IMG/VR virus record: IMGVR_UViG_3300012199_000001
Coordinates: 3,598 to 67,597 of that record
DNA length: 64,000 nt
Strand: one strand, 5' to 3'
From: a virus
Shown: positions 36,604 to 46,581 of the stretch, piece by piece
How positions within the stretch are numbered: the stretch's first letter is position 1
Layout of the letters: the number at the start of each line of letters is the position of its first letter
The notes under the pieces: model-generated
The model's database searches: none
Told to the model about the DNA's origin: nothing
What the model saw: only the letters and a program-made list of their open reading frames with translations
Made by a program: the position numbers and the translations under genes

Positions 36604-36983
36604 GCTTCCTGTTCCTCCTCTGTCATTGCCGTCGCTAACCCGTCGATCACCTCTAGAATGGCGTTGCTGTAGTTTGCAGGAAGACGACGAATATTGCTGT
36701 AATTGACAGGCACTTTTTGCCCATTCTGTACAAATGTCCAATCCTGGATCATGCGATCCAGCAGAGCAAAGCGACCCTTGCCCATCTGCACTTCAACATT
36801 TCCCTTTTTCCCTGACTGTCCGTATTGGTTGGTGACGTACTCCTGATCAGCAACCGTGACGGTTCCCTTAATCAGTGCCTGCTCATGCGCCTCCCAACGC
36901 CACTTCCTGCGAAATAGTGCTGCCGCTTCAGCATCACTAGGATCAGGGATAACAATATTTGCAACATCGTCAAATGCGCCCAT
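36531..36983 (-). CDS. Tail assembly chaperone (gpG-like)
   Basis: Between tail tube and tape measure; LLDRMIQDWTF..NIRRLP motif. Confidence 0.85.
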   Translation of the reverse strand: MGAFDDVANIVIPDPSDAEAAALFRRKWRWEAHEQALIKGTVTVADQEYVTNQYGQSGKKGNVEVQMGKGRFALLDRMIQDWTFVQNGQKVPVNYSNIRRLPANYSNAILEVIDGLATAMTEEEQEAFLDSANGHTVESSSLTSLSLLKS

Positions 36984-37017
36984 AACTCTCTGTCTCTTTT
37001 CTCTTGTTAATGTGCTT

Positions 37018-38628
37018 TTACGTGGTGTACGAAGGTGGTTGCGTAGAAACAACTACCAGCCGATATGCGGCCCCTATCTCCGAGGAATATTCACATCTCC
37101 AAAGAATTTTGGCGGTTACGATGCCCTTCGAGGGGTCGCTCGTTGGATCAAAGGTACCATCAGTGCGAATAGGCAATGTCCATGTCCACGACTTGAAGTA
37201 GTTCGTACCACCCGTTGTGCCTATGTATTGCCCGAGAAATTGAAAACTCAAGTACTGCTTCAAGTTTTGCCTGAATTGTTCCCATTGCAGCATGTCGATG
37301 AAGTTGATGGTCAAATCTGCAAGGCATTCTCTTTTTCCGGTGTAGGCTCTGTTGAAGTTCTGTGAGTTGTTGAATGTCCAGTGCTCTTCATCGGGGGTCT
37401 TGATATCGACCTTGAGTTCCTGCACGTCGCCATAGTTGGTGGTCAGGGGAGTACCTGTAATCGCATCCATGAACATCAGGGTCTGCCAGCCAACAAGGGG
37501 CATATCATTCAGGTTCGCGCCAATAGCAGCAATGCGGTTCACACCAGAAAGAGGGGTAGTTGTCCGATCCCCTATTGGGAGCTTATCCTGCGCCTTCCCT
37601 TTTAGAGTGATCGTGGCTTCTGAATTGACCTTGATGTCAAACGAGCCGTCTGTGGCGAAGCAAAAGGGATGAGTCCATGAACCAGCGCCATCGAACCACT
37701 CTACGGCTGCCGTGTATTTTGCGCCACTGGAGAGGAAGGTGTATGACCAGCCGAAGACTCCTGTGATCGCAACGGTTGCCGCTGTCGTCACATTGGTAAC
37801 ACCTGATGCATTCACCGCTGTATAGATATTCGATGAGTAGTAGGTGCCTGCCGCAGGAATAGAGATTGACTCAGCGACGTTAGCTGTGCCCCCCACTGTT
37901 CCAGTAATCGTAACTGTGCCTGCTACGGTGAATGCAGTCACCGTGAGAATGAGGCGCATACCTGGAGCAGTTGGCTGAGAGGTAAGTGACTGTGTTGCCG
38001 AAAGAGGTGCCGCAGCCAGGAGCGATGTAGGAACTGCTGGTATTGACGCAGTAGTAGTAGGAGCCCCCATCATCATATACGGCCACCAGAGGCTTAAATC
38101 GCCGTACACGTCCTGCTTGATCTCATCGATGGTGGTCTCATTGGTCAATACCAGGATTTTCTTGTCGCGCTCAATAAGGGCATTGTGCTCATTTGGGCTG
38201 TATACCTTTGGCTTGCGCGTAGACTTCATACTTGATGGAAGCTGAAATTTGCCAGCTTGAATGGCATAGATAACAATCGTGCCGTTGGTGAGTCCAGTAG
38301 TAGTGACGTTTGTGATCGCGGTATAGGCATTCGCTGAAACGTACTCGTTGCTGGCAAGCTGAGCTGATTGCGTCTGCTGTGCAGTTGGTGCAGCAATGTT
38401 GTATGTTTCCGTGTTTCCAGGCGTCCCAGTCCCGGTAATAGTAACTGTACCCGAGGTAGTCCAGTTCGTAATCCTGATAAAGTAGCGCACCCCTGTAGAG
38501 CCAACAGGAGCGGTAATGCCTGTCAGCGTGGCAATAACGGGGGTTGAGGCGAGCGCCAGTTGCATGCCGCTGGTCGCCTCTAGCATGATGTTGCAGGTCC
38601 CCTTGGCGGAAGTTCCAGTTATGGGCAT
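37018..38628 (-). CDS. Major tail tube protein with two inserted beta domains
   Basis: Position; C-terminal tube-like AYTGKRECLADLTINF..WTWTLP; duplicated GTVTITGT..E..Y.S.N.YTA..NVTT inserts. Confidence 0.78.
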   Translation of the reverse strand: MPITGTSAKGTCNIMLEATSGMQLALASTPVIATLTGITAPVGSTGVRYFIRITNWTTSGTVTITGTGTPGNTETYNIAAPTAQQTQSAQLASNEYVSANAYTAITNVTTTGLTNGTIVIYAIQAGKFQLPSSMKSTRKPKVYSPNEHNALIERDKKILVLTNETTIDEIKQDVYGDLSLWWPYMMMGAPTTTASIPAVPTSLLAAAPLSATQSLTSQPTAPGMRLILTVTAFTVAGTVTITGTVGGTANVAESISIPAAGTYYSSNIYTAVNASGVTNVTTAATVAITGVFGWSYTFLSSGAKYTAAVEWFDGAGSWTHPFCFATDGSFDIKVNSEATITLKGKAQDKLPIGDRTTTPLSGVNRIAAIGANLNDMPLVGWQTLMFMDAITGTPLTTNYGDVQELKVDIKTPDEEHWTFNNSQNFNRAYTGKRECLADLTINFIDMLQWEQFRQNLKQYLSFQFLGQYIGTTGGTNYFKSWTWTLPIRTDGTFDPTSDPSKGIVTAKILWRCEYSSEIGAAYRLVVVSTQPPSYTT

Positions 38629-38651
38629 AGCCCCTCCTGTTGTTTACAGAA

Positions 38652-38681
38652 ATGGCCTATGCCTCTAGGGACTATGGCTCT
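38652..38681 (-). promoter_or_regulatory. Conserved late-gene leader motif, copy B
   Basis: AGAGCCATAGTCCCTAGAGGCATAGGCCAT, near-identical to copy A, upstream of the tail tube gene. Confidence 0.6.
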
Positions 38682-38698
38682 TGTTTATGTGCTATATC

Positions 38699-38971
38699 TT
38701 ATTTCTTTGCCTGTGACTCTTGTGCGAGAGGAGAAGATACAGACAGAGTGCTTGTTTTGGCGATTGCTGAAGCTTTCTCCTGTAGGGGTTCAGTGTTACT
38801 GGTAGTCGTATTTGTTCCTGTCGCGTCAGGCTGAGCCAGGACTTTGCGCAGACGCACATCCACAACGGTCATCGTATCTTCATCGATATCTACTTCCTGC
38901 CCCGCATGCCATTCTCCAGGGATACCAGGGATCGTGCCTGTTTCATTGAATGTCCAGGTTTGTTTCTTCAA
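38699..38971 (-). CDS. Hypothetical virion-associated protein
   Basis: Operon packing; TIPGIPGEW motif. Confidence 0.7.
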   Translation of the reverse strand: MKKQTWTFNETGTIPGIPGEWHAGQEVDIDEDTMTVVDVRLRKVLAQPDATGTNTTTSNTEPLQEKASAIAKTSTLSVSSPLAQESQAKK

Positions 38972-39273
38972 GACGCCTCTCCTTCCTCAAGTAGCCTGAG
39001 TTGCGGATGCCTCATGCGATCCGCGACCCTGCGTGTGATTTCATCGAATTCGGCATTGGTGAAGGTTGGTTCAATACGAGAAGGAGCTGCTATCTCGCCT
39101 TCGATTTCGCAAACATCCACAACCAATCGCGCTTCATAGACATGATTATTCACATCTACTGCTACCCAATCCACGCGCTTGATATGCGGGATTTGTTCAT
39201 CAGTATCAGCATCGTAGGCTACTGCCATAAATGGCAATCCGTTAAATTTGATCTTGATACGTTTAGGTATCAT
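38968..39273 (-). CDS. Hypothetical protein
   Basis: TGATG overlap with upstream gene. Confidence 0.65.
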   Translation of the reverse strand: MIPKRIKIKFNGLPFMAVAYDADTDEQIPHIKRVDWVAVDVNNHVYEARLVVDVCEIEGEIAAPSRIEPTFTNAEFDEITRRVADRMRHPQLRLLEEGEAS

Positions 39274-39752
39274 CAAGAGATCACCCCCGGTGGTGGAACC
39301 ACCCACTCGCTCCGAGTCATAATCTTGACTCGATATCCGCGTAACCACTGCTCGTCGCGTCGTACATCAAGATAGGCTCCTGACTTAGGCCGGATTTGCG
39401 CGTGATACACATTGCCTGCGTTCCCAATCGTTGCATGCTTCATAATCGGCTGCACTATTGCATCTCGAATTGCATAAATTTGTCGCGCATAGAGAGCCGT
39501 GTCCTTAGATACAAGTGCGAGTAGCATCCAATCCTGTTCATCTGTCACATAACCACCAAAGGTCTTATGCTGGCTATCATCATCTGTGCCATAGATTTCC
39601 AGGCATGCACCACCATTTGCTACAAGATTCGTAATGTCCTTAATTTCTTCAATTTGCGCCAGTGCAAAACTTTGACCAGACCCCCAGGTCAATGCCGACA
39701 TATAGCCCTGTATGGCATCTAAAATTGCTGGTGTATTGGGTTGTGAAGCCAT
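39273..39752 (-). CDS. Tail terminator-like protein
   Basis: Position and size upstream of the tail tube; GGAGGT SD. Confidence 0.6.
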   Translation of the reverse strand: MASQPNTPAILDAIQGYMSALTWGSGQSFALAQIEEIKDITNLVANGGACLEIYGTDDDSQHKTFGGYVTDEQDWMLLALVSKDTALYARQIYAIRDAIVQPIMKHATIGNAGNVYHAQIRPKSGAYLDVRRDEQWLRGYRVKIMTRSEWVVPPPGVIS

Positions 39753-39768
39753 CAGTGCACCTCCACTA

Positions 39769-40194
39769 TCATACCGGCATCCCCATTTTCGCAAAGGCTT
39801 CGGCTGCGGCCAGCCCCATTCTTTGCAGAATTTGATCGGTGTTCTGTTCCAGCGCAAGCACTAAATATGGCTTACCTGCTTCGTCATAGGTTCTTCCCAG
39901 ACTATCGGTTCCAACAAATCCATCCTCCATACGGCGGCCATAGGGAGCGCCTACACCTACCTGTACCGCCATTGGACCATCGAGTATCGTCATGATCGTG
40001 GAAGCCAGTTGCCCGGTCGGATTGGTAAACGCAGTCCATGTATTCGCGACCGCCGCCTGCACAATGATGTCACCAATCTGCGGCATAGCTACGCTCATCT
40101 CAAGATCGAGAAAAGCGCCAAATTGTGCAAGTTTGACAATTGCCCCAAGTGAGGCCGGGTCAAATGCCACATTGATGAGTGGTTCACCTGCCAT
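39769..40194 (-). CDS. HK97 gp10-like tail completion protein
   Basis: PTGQLASTI..VGVGAPYGRRMEDG..KPYLVLALE. Confidence 0.8.
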   Translation of the reverse strand: MAGEPLINVAFDPASLGAIVKLAQFGAFLDLEMSVAMPQIGDIIVQAAVANTWTAFTNPTGQLASTIMTILDGPMAVQVGVGAPYGRRMEDGFVGTDSLGRTYDEAGKPYLVLALEQNTDQILQRMGLAAAEAFAKMGMPV

Positions 40195-40195
40195 A

Positions 40196-40522
40196 TTATG
40201 TACCTCTTTGCCTAACGCATATCCAATTCCAAGATCCGGTGAGCGGATTTGGTTCAGGATCACTGACAATCAAATATTTGCGGAGTGTGCCTGTTACCGC
40301 GTCATTGGTTACCTGATCCACCACATAATCGCGGAAGAGGATCAGTTGCGGATTTCCCATCGGCAGCAGGAATGTGAATGCCCGATAGGTAAAATGCGGG
40401 TCACTCCCCGCATAGGTAGCAGCTTCAGCAGCCTCAAGCTTGTCCATTTGTACCGTAATGTTGCTTGCAACGGGATTTGCTACTCCCGCTCGCGTCACAT
40501 TTGCGCGTATAAATTCTGACAT
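40196..40522 (-). CDS. Head closure/stopper-like protein
   Basis: Position after adaptor; 108-aa beta-rich. Confidence 0.6.
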   Translation of the reverse strand: MSEFIRANVTRAGVANPVASNITVQMDKLEAAEAATYAGSDPHFTYRAFTFLLPMGNPQLILFRDYVVDQVTNDAVTGTLRKYLIVSDPEPNPLTGSWNWICVRQRGT

Positions 40523-40523
40523 G

Positions 40524-41426
40524 CTAATGCATCTCCACCGCGTACTTTGCTAATATCTTCAGTGCTCGCTTGATCAAAATAGACTCGCCTGTCATATCGC
40601 CACGCAAAACAGCCGAGATATGCACGCCTCCACTGCCGATGTCAGGTGCTCCAATCGGGTTATTGCGCTTGGCAAGCAGATCAGACGTTGCCAGGATTGC
40701 CGCCTCCTTCAAGTCTGGAGGTAGCGCACTGTAGACATAGCCAGCCTGGTAGGTAAGAAACAAATCGGCCTCTGTGTTGCGATCAAACGGCACCTGCACC
40801 AGGTTGGTCGGCTGTCCTCCACCTTGCCCTGGAAGCGGTTTAAGCACGCGAATGCTACAGAGCCGCTTGTTGCCATCGAATGAGATCGTCGTGGTGTCAT
40901 AGCCCACGCTGGACTGCGCAGCCGTCGTAATCGATAGCGCTGAAACACCAACCACAGGCCAGTGACGCGGGCGAAAGGTCAGGCTACCACGATTGTTGAT
41001 GCAGGCGCGCGACGTTGGCATGGTGAGCTGTTCAGCGGTGTAGGTGGACAGCAGCAGTGATTGGTAACATTCTTTCTCCATCCAACCAGAAGCCGCGATG
41101 ATCTGAGCCGCCAAACTTCCGAGCACTCCATCGGTGCAATACGGCGTCCCGTTCGCATGCGCATACGTCGTTGCCGTTGTGGTAATGCTGGTTGCTCCTA
41201 CCGCTGCCGTAGTCGTTGCCGTGAGCACCTCCGTAGAAGATCCATCAAACACTGTAATCTGATCATCGACATTCACCTGCACTGTCAGATTGGGGCGTAC
41301 AGGTAGTGCGGTCACACCGGGGGCAAGCGTGCCATTGAGCCGCCCAGAGTTCCCTATCAGGCTGGCCCACTCTAGACCAGATGTTGCCTGTTTCCAATCA
41401 ACCCAGGAGATGTAGGTGTTCACCAT
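40524..41426 (-). CDS. Head-tail adaptor/connector
   Basis: IIAASGWMEKEC..LTYQAGY..LPPDLKEAAIL gp6/gp15-like motifs. Confidence 0.8.
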   Translation of the reverse strand: MVNTYISWVDWKQATSGLEWASLIGNSGRLNGTLAPGVTALPVRPNLTVQVNVDDQITVFDGSSTEVLTATTTAAVGATSITTTATTYAHANGTPYCTDGVLGSLAAQIIAASGWMEKECYQSLLLSTYTAEQLTMPTSRACINNRGSLTFRPRHWPVVGVSALSITTAAQSSVGYDTTTISFDGNKRLCSIRVLKPLPGQGGGQPTNLVQVPFDRNTEADLFLTYQAGYVYSALPPDLKEAAILATSDLLAKRNNPIGAPDIGSGGVHISAVLRGDMTGESILIKRALKILAKYAVEMH

Positions 41427-41452
41427 GTGCTAAACGCGCCTCCAACTCAATG

Positions 41453-41815
41453 TCATGGTGCCTCTTCTGGCAAATCATCAAGCAAGAAGATTTCTCGAAT
41501 GTACGTAGTATGGAGCCAATGGCTCTTGACGCGTGGCGGCTTCATGCGTTCAGCGCCCTTAATCGGGATGAAAAAATTATCGATGGTAGGATCGAGAATG
41601 GCACGTACCAGGGACACAGGCAACTGCTCATTCAAGCAGCGCACACCATCAGCGTCACTCCCACTAATGAGCAGTTGCACGTTGAGCATGCTTTCCCCTT
41701 GCCCACCGGCTATCGCAAGTTGCTGCAATGCCTTTGGTGTCTTTGGGGCTGGTGCCTCTCTTTCCTCCGCTCTAAGAGGAGCAGGCGTATCCCTCTGTGC
41801 TGCTTTCGCCTTCAA
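41453..41815 (-). CDS. Hypothetical protein
   Basis: AAAGGA SD, TTG start. Confidence 0.6.
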   Translation of the reverse strand: MKAKAAQRDTPAPLRAEEREAPAPKTPKALQQLAIAGGQGESMLNVQLLISGSDADGVRCLNEQLPVSLVRAILDPTIDNFFIPIKGAERMKPPRVKSHWLHTTYIREIFLLDDLPEEAP

Positions 41816-41841
41816 TCAATGTATCCTTTCGCGGTCGCTGC

Positions 41842-42144
41842 CTACGAGCCACCAAGTTGCTTGAGACGCACGTCAATGCTAGCCAGATGCGTCTCCGTTT
41901 GTGCCGCCACGAAGTTGCCAACACGTGACGTGGCCGTAGTCGTGCGCGTGACGTTGTGTGCTGTCGTACCACCTCCGAACTTATACATGTGGAGCAAATC
42001 TACATAGCTCGTGAGTAATGCCATTGTGGCATCATCAATAGTGCCTGCTCCTGCATCTGCAACCGTCTCAACCAATGCACGTTTGAGAGCAAGTGCCCTG
42101 GCTGCAACATTTGGCTGTCCGTCAATGACTGAACCTATGGACAT
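41842..42144 (-). CDS. Hypothetical virion-associated protein
   Basis: ORF right after the capsid gene. Confidence 0.65.
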   Translation of the reverse strand: MSIGSVIDGQPNVAARALALKRALVETVADAGAGTIDDATMALLTSYVDLLHMYKFGGGTTAHNVTRTTTATSRVGNFVAAQTETHLASIDVRLKQLGGS

Positions 42145-42231
42145 ATGGATTACTCGCTTTCAGAAAGGGATGGATGGGTGTAACCATCTCATCCATCCCT
42201 GTACTCATCCATTCACGCTATATACGTCTCA

Positions 42232-43926
42232 TCACACGCCGACTGCTGGCTGTATACCTGAAACGAGTCCCCAACCACCCTGGAATTGGTTCACAAGTGC
42301 CTCGTCCACAAAGATGCCAAAGCCCCATGTCTGAGTATTAGCTTGAGTAGGCGGATAATCAATACTTGTGTAGTCCTGATTCACCATCATGCGGAATGGT
42401 GGATCTTGTACATCAGGTGCAGGAAATGGAATAGAGAAGGAACCGGCAACAATGGTTCCTTGCGGTAGGTAGGGTAACGTGACAACCTGCATGGTCGTAC
42501 CCGTTACCTGATTCAATATGTGGGTCACTTTCTGACCTGCAACAAGGCTCCGAATGCCGCCTGCGCTCTGTGGTTCCGCCAAAACACGAAAATTGCTCGC
42601 AGTGCCAATCAGGTTATCGATGGTGACGGCTTCAACTGGAGAGACGAACAGATGTGTTGGGTCGGCCATCGCCTGAGAGAACATCTTGCGAAGCAGAAGT
42701 TGGATGTCCTGTAGTGCAAGCAGTCCAGTCGTTGCGGCAGGCTGCACGATCACGCTTGTCATGCCTTGCTCTCCCACGCTCAGGCCAGTACCTGCGTTGG
42801 GATTGAGGTAGCAGAGGCTTACCATGCCATCAAAGACATTGGTTGCAACGGTGGAGGTATTGCCAGCCGTGACCACCGCGCTATAGGCCACACCAGAAGT
42901 TGCAATCGTCGTGAGCAGGGCCGTGACACCCATCGTGCCGACATAATCGGCAGGCTGTGCCGGGAGACCCGTTGGCGTAAAGTTCGTGGTGATTTGACGA
43001 TACATCGCTGTGTTTGCAGGCTGTGTCGCCCCGGTGCCCACATAGACATTGTACCCGGTTGCACCAATCACGCCTGAGAAGGTGATGGAGATGGAACTGG
43101 TTGCACCGGTAGTGGTGACTGATTTGGCCGTCGCGGAATAGGCCAGTGTCTCACCTGCCGCATTGGTTGCGGTAATCAGTATCCAGTACGTCAATGCCGC
43201 AAGGGAACCGCCCGTGGTGCTCCCAGTGAGCAGAGGAGGAAGCGGAGGCCAGAGTTTTGCAGCCCCATTGATGATCCAGTTTTCCTCTTGCAATTTGAGC
43301 GCATACACCAGCTCAACTTTGCGCCTTGCCAGCATATCACCTTCTAATGCCCGTGAGCGCCATTGCGCCTGGAACGTTACACTGTTGTATTCAGCAATGG
43401 TCTGGTACGCAGATTGATAGTTGTTCAGGGTATACACAGGGCTATCAATGGTTGTACTACCGTCCGTCGTGCCGCCCCAGTGTGTCTGCGAGAACGGGCC
43501 TTGCTGGTTGAAGATGGAAAGCACGCTTTTCCAGTGCTCTATATCAGTACCGCGTCCAACCATGCGCGGGGTTAACTGTACCATTGGCGCTTGAACGGGA
43601 AAGATGACCTTTGCCGGGGTCTCAAGCACGTATGGAGTAAATCCGGTTGAGGTGGTAATGGCACGTTGTACGTCACCTTGTGCCTGACCCACCGTATCGG
43701 CAATCAGTTTAGAACTGAATGGGCCAATCTGGTCGCGGCGCATTGGGACAATCGAACGTGTCTCCTCTGCTGTTTGTAGCATGTCGCCATAACGATGCAT
43801 GTCAAGCGTGCGGATATAATTCATGCTCTCCGCTGCCATGCGTGGATCAGGCCGGTACGCATTGGCGCTCACAATCGCATCAGGCGGTGACTGCTCGCGG
43901 TGAATAACCGCTGGGGCGTCTCCCAT
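42232..43926 (-). CDS. Major capsid protein with inserted FN3/Ig-like domain
   Basis: After protease; LKLQEENWIING..FDGMVS..PTHLFVSP..LPYLPQGTIV; insert TYWILITATNAAGET..GATGYNVYVG. Confidence 0.85.
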   Translation of the reverse strand: MGDAPAVIHREQSPPDAIVSANAYRPDPRMAAESMNYIRTLDMHRYGDMLQTAEETRSIVPMRRDQIGPFSSKLIADTVGQAQGDVQRAITTSTGFTPYVLETPAKVIFPVQAPMVQLTPRMVGRGTDIEHWKSVLSIFNQQGPFSQTHWGGTTDGSTTIDSPVYTLNNYQSAYQTIAEYNSVTFQAQWRSRALEGDMLARRKVELVYALKLQEENWIINGAAKLWPPLPPLLTGSTTGGSLAALTYWILITATNAAGETLAYSATAKSVTTTGATSSISITFSGVIGATGYNVYVGTGATQPANTAMYRQITTNFTPTGLPAQPADYVGTMGVTALLTTIATSGVAYSAVVTAGNTSTVATNVFDGMVSLCYLNPNAGTGLSVGEQGMTSVIVQPAATTGLLALQDIQLLLRKMFSQAMADPTHLFVSPVEAVTIDNLIGTASNFRVLAEPQSAGGIRSLVAGQKVTHILNQVTGTTMQVVTLPYLPQGTIVAGSFSIPFPAPDVQDPPFRMMVNQDYTSIDYPPTQANTQTWGFGIFVDEALVNQFQGGWGLVSGIQPAVGV

Positions 43927-43933
43927 GATTATC

Positions 43934-45688
43934 TTATCTCCCCCCGTTCTGACCGACGCGTTTGCGTTCAAGGTACAGCACGGCATCTATTTGCTGATTT
44001 TTATTTAAAATGCCTGCCCGCGAAAGTTGCTCAACCATGCGCGTCTCCATTGTGAGTGGATCGGCGTAGGGATCAGGGCTGGGCTGGTTGTGAAGTGCGG
44101 CAGAATTGATCAGTGGGCCACCTGGCATCGGCTGTGCAGCTATGCGCTCGACTAAATCTTTTACCCCGGTCAAAACCGAGCGTACTTCATCCAGTTCGGC
44201 TAACTTCTGCTCAAAAGCCCCAAGTCGGCGTGTCAATTCAGGATCAGACAGTTGCGTGATAGTGGTAGGCATGGGTGTATCGGTTGTGGCAAGCCGCGCG
44301 GCAATGCCATTCATACGGGTAACAATCGGTGACATGTGGCGTGTGATCTGGACTTCCACATACTTCATGATGCCAGTACCAGAACCGTCTCCTCCTGCTG
44401 CATCATGGTCGGTATCCAGGCTTGAAATGATATCGATATCGCCATCGCCATCGGGGTCAAGGACGCGAAGCGCAGATTGGCACTCGTCGCAAGGACAATT
44501 TGCCAGTTGCTCACGCAGTCCCGCCAGCACGTGATCGCGAGATTTATGCATGGAGGACATCGTACCCGCACCAACACGCGCGCCAACACGTGTGACATCT
44601 GGGGTTGCTTGCTGTGGTGCCGCATCCGCCTCTTCCGAAAAATCAAGCACATCGGTTGCCATGCCGTCAGCGCGCACAACCTTTACATCACAGCCAGGGC
44701 AGGAGGGATTGTCAACCAGGCTGACTTCTACGAGGTCATAGCGCTCTAAAAACGGCACTTCTTTGCCGTTGTACGTGCGCTTGCCCCATTTGCCGTTACG
44801 CGCGCCAATGGAGGCACCGGCAAGCGTGCCATCAAGCACCTTCTGCCAGGTGTCTTCAGCGCCACGTGAGACACGGAGCACCACGTCGATAGCTTTCTCA
44901 TCCTCAACCGGGTCCCACTTGATCGCGCGACCAACGGCCTTGGTTGGGTCATGCATTTCCCTGATGTTGCCACGCCAACGCTGAAAAGCATCCTTTGAAC
45001 CGTCAAAGCCAATCACCGTTTCGTAACTGTCAAAGGCTTCGGCAGTCGCGCGAATCACCACCTCACGCTTCGCACGATCCACGCGCAAAATAGGCGCATA
45101 AATTGTGGTTTCGGTAGGCAGCGAGCGCACAATCTCAGGGGCATCAGCCTTGTGTGTCTCCTCGCCTTTTGCCTGCCAGTTCCCATCAAGGTGCGTGTGA
45201 TCATGATGGTGGTCAGCATCGTCCTTGTGCTCATGCTTATGCTCGTGTGTCTCGTCGTCACCCTGCGAACTAAAGGCGCTGTGAGTGTGGATGTGGAGAC
45301 CTGTAAACTTCGCGTGGCTTCCATCAGGATTGATGACCAGTCCTGGATCTCGTTCGCGGGTAATATCTGGGGATTGCGCAGCATCGCGTCTGCCACCGTC
45401 CTCGTCCTGCCAGGATTGAGGAAGGATAAAACCCTTTCTTTTTGCGATGCTGATAGCTTTTGCTTTGACGGCAGCGGGATCGTCTGCATGCCCGATGAGG
45501 TGAGCCGCAGCGTCTAAATGATCCTGCGTATCGATAGGAAACGACTGATCTGGCCCCGCGAAATCCGAATCATCAATGGCGTCCCGATCTTTTTGTGTAA
45601 GAGAGCGTGCAATGCCGAGGCGCTGACAGAGGGATTGAGTTGCAGGAGGATATATTTCAAGGTGTGCAAGTGTCGTATTTGTGCCCAT
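43934..45688 (-). CDS. HK97-type prohead protease/scaffold fusion
   Basis: NIREMH..AVG..WQKVLDGTLAGASIG..LVEVSLVDNPSCP; N-terminal SDFAGPDQSFPI module and His-rich tract. Confidence 0.88.
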   Translation of the reverse strand: MGTNTTLAHLEIYPPATQSLCQRLGIARSLTQKDRDAIDDSDFAGPDQSFPIDTQDHLDAAAHLIGHADDPAAVKAKAISIAKRKGFILPQSWQDEDGGRRDAAQSPDITRERDPGLVINPDGSHAKFTGLHIHTHSAFSSQGDDETHEHKHEHKDDADHHHDHTHLDGNWQAKGEETHKADAPEIVRSLPTETTIYAPILRVDRAKREVVIRATAEAFDSYETVIGFDGSKDAFQRWRGNIREMHDPTKAVGRAIKWDPVEDEKAIDVVLRVSRGAEDTWQKVLDGTLAGASIGARNGKWGKRTYNGKEVPFLERYDLVEVSLVDNPSCPGCDVKVVRADGMATDVLDFSEEADAAPQQATPDVTRVGARVGAGTMSSMHKSRDHVLAGLREQLANCPCDECQSALRVLDPDGDGDIDIISSLDTDHDAAGGDGSGTGIMKYVEVQITRHMSPIVTRMNGIAARLATTDTPMPTTITQLSDPELTRRLGAFEQKLAELDEVRSVLTGVKDLVERIAAQPMPGGPLINSAALHNQPSPDPYADPLTMETRMVEQLSRAGILNKNQQIDAVLYLERKRVGQNGGR

Positions 45689-45693
45689 CAAAA

Positions 45694-45744
45694 AGACCAG
45701 TCCTCTCAAAAGACTGGCCTCCGGGTCTCTCTGCCTCTGGACCT
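45694..45744 (-). promoter_or_regulatory. Late-gene leader motif, copy C (divergent), with SD-overlapping hairpin
   Basis: AGGTCCAGAGGCAGAGAGACCCGGAGGCCAGTC..GACTGGTCT-TTTT-G-ATG; TGcTATAAC upstream. Confidence 0.5.
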
Positions 45745-45834
45745 TACATGGTATTTACTTTTTAGAAATAGATGTTATAGCAAGCATAACACATTGTTAT
45801 GGACATTGTACAGATGTGCAGACTGCAATGTCAC

Positions 45835-46371
45835 TCATAGCAGCCACGCCCAACTCCTCGGCTCGTATTCAGACGCAACGTGAGGATGAAACACACCCTG
45901 TTCGTGCAGGAGCATCATTTCGTAATCAGCACAAACCAGTTCCATCATCTGCACTTCAAAATGATAGCGTGGGTCATCTCTCCTCATCACGCCTTGCAGT
46001 TGCTCATCAGCCCATTGCTTCCAATCTATACGCTCATCGCACATGCGCAGTTCCTTTTGTACCAATGTTACAAACTGCTGATGCCCGTCGCGCGCCTCCT
46101 CTTCCGTCTCATGGCGTTGAAAAACACCAAGTTTGACGTGACCAGGGAGATTGCCGAAAGGATACACCATGCTCTCGCCGTCTATAAAGAGCATGGTCTC
46201 ATAGTTGCCAAGTGGCCCGGTATAGCCTGCTTGTTCATCATACATACGCTGAATATGCTTCAGGTTGTCCAGTGTTGTAGTTGAAATAGTGTAATTGTTT
46301 CCTTTAAATCGGAAGGATGTCACGCTCACTGACCCGACGCATTCCGGTGGTATAGACTCAAATGTGTTCAT
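45835..46371 (-). CDS. Hypothetical protein
   Basis: YTISTT..YETMLF..RHETEEEARDGHQ motif. Confidence 0.7.
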   Translation of the reverse strand: MNTFESIPPECVGSVSVTSFRFKGNNYTISTTTLDNLKHIQRMYDEQAGYTGPLGNYETMLFIDGESMVYPFGNLPGHVKLGVFQRHETEEEARDGHQQFVTLVQKELRMCDERIDWKQWADEQLQGVMRRDDPRYHFEVQMMELVCADYEMMLLHEQGVFHPHVASEYEPRSWAWLL

Positions 46372-46581
46372 CCGGCTATACTACCACACTTAGGCTCATC
46401 CTCACTCATAACATTCCCCTCAAAGTCTGTTTGGTGAGAGGTGAAGATTCGCACTTCACATGAAATAGTTTGCCTGTGCGTCGGTCAGGTTGCTATTCCT
46501 TGCTTCCGATTGGGTCCGACTGCCTACCCTCAAAGCTTGGTCTCCTCGAAGGAGAAAGCGTCTACCGTTTTCCGCCATCTC

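Noticed and set aside
46440-46530. GCACAGGCAAACTATT resembling the start of a c-di-GMP-I riboswitch
   Set aside because: The following GAAA tetraloop and GACGCAAAG/P3 elements are absent
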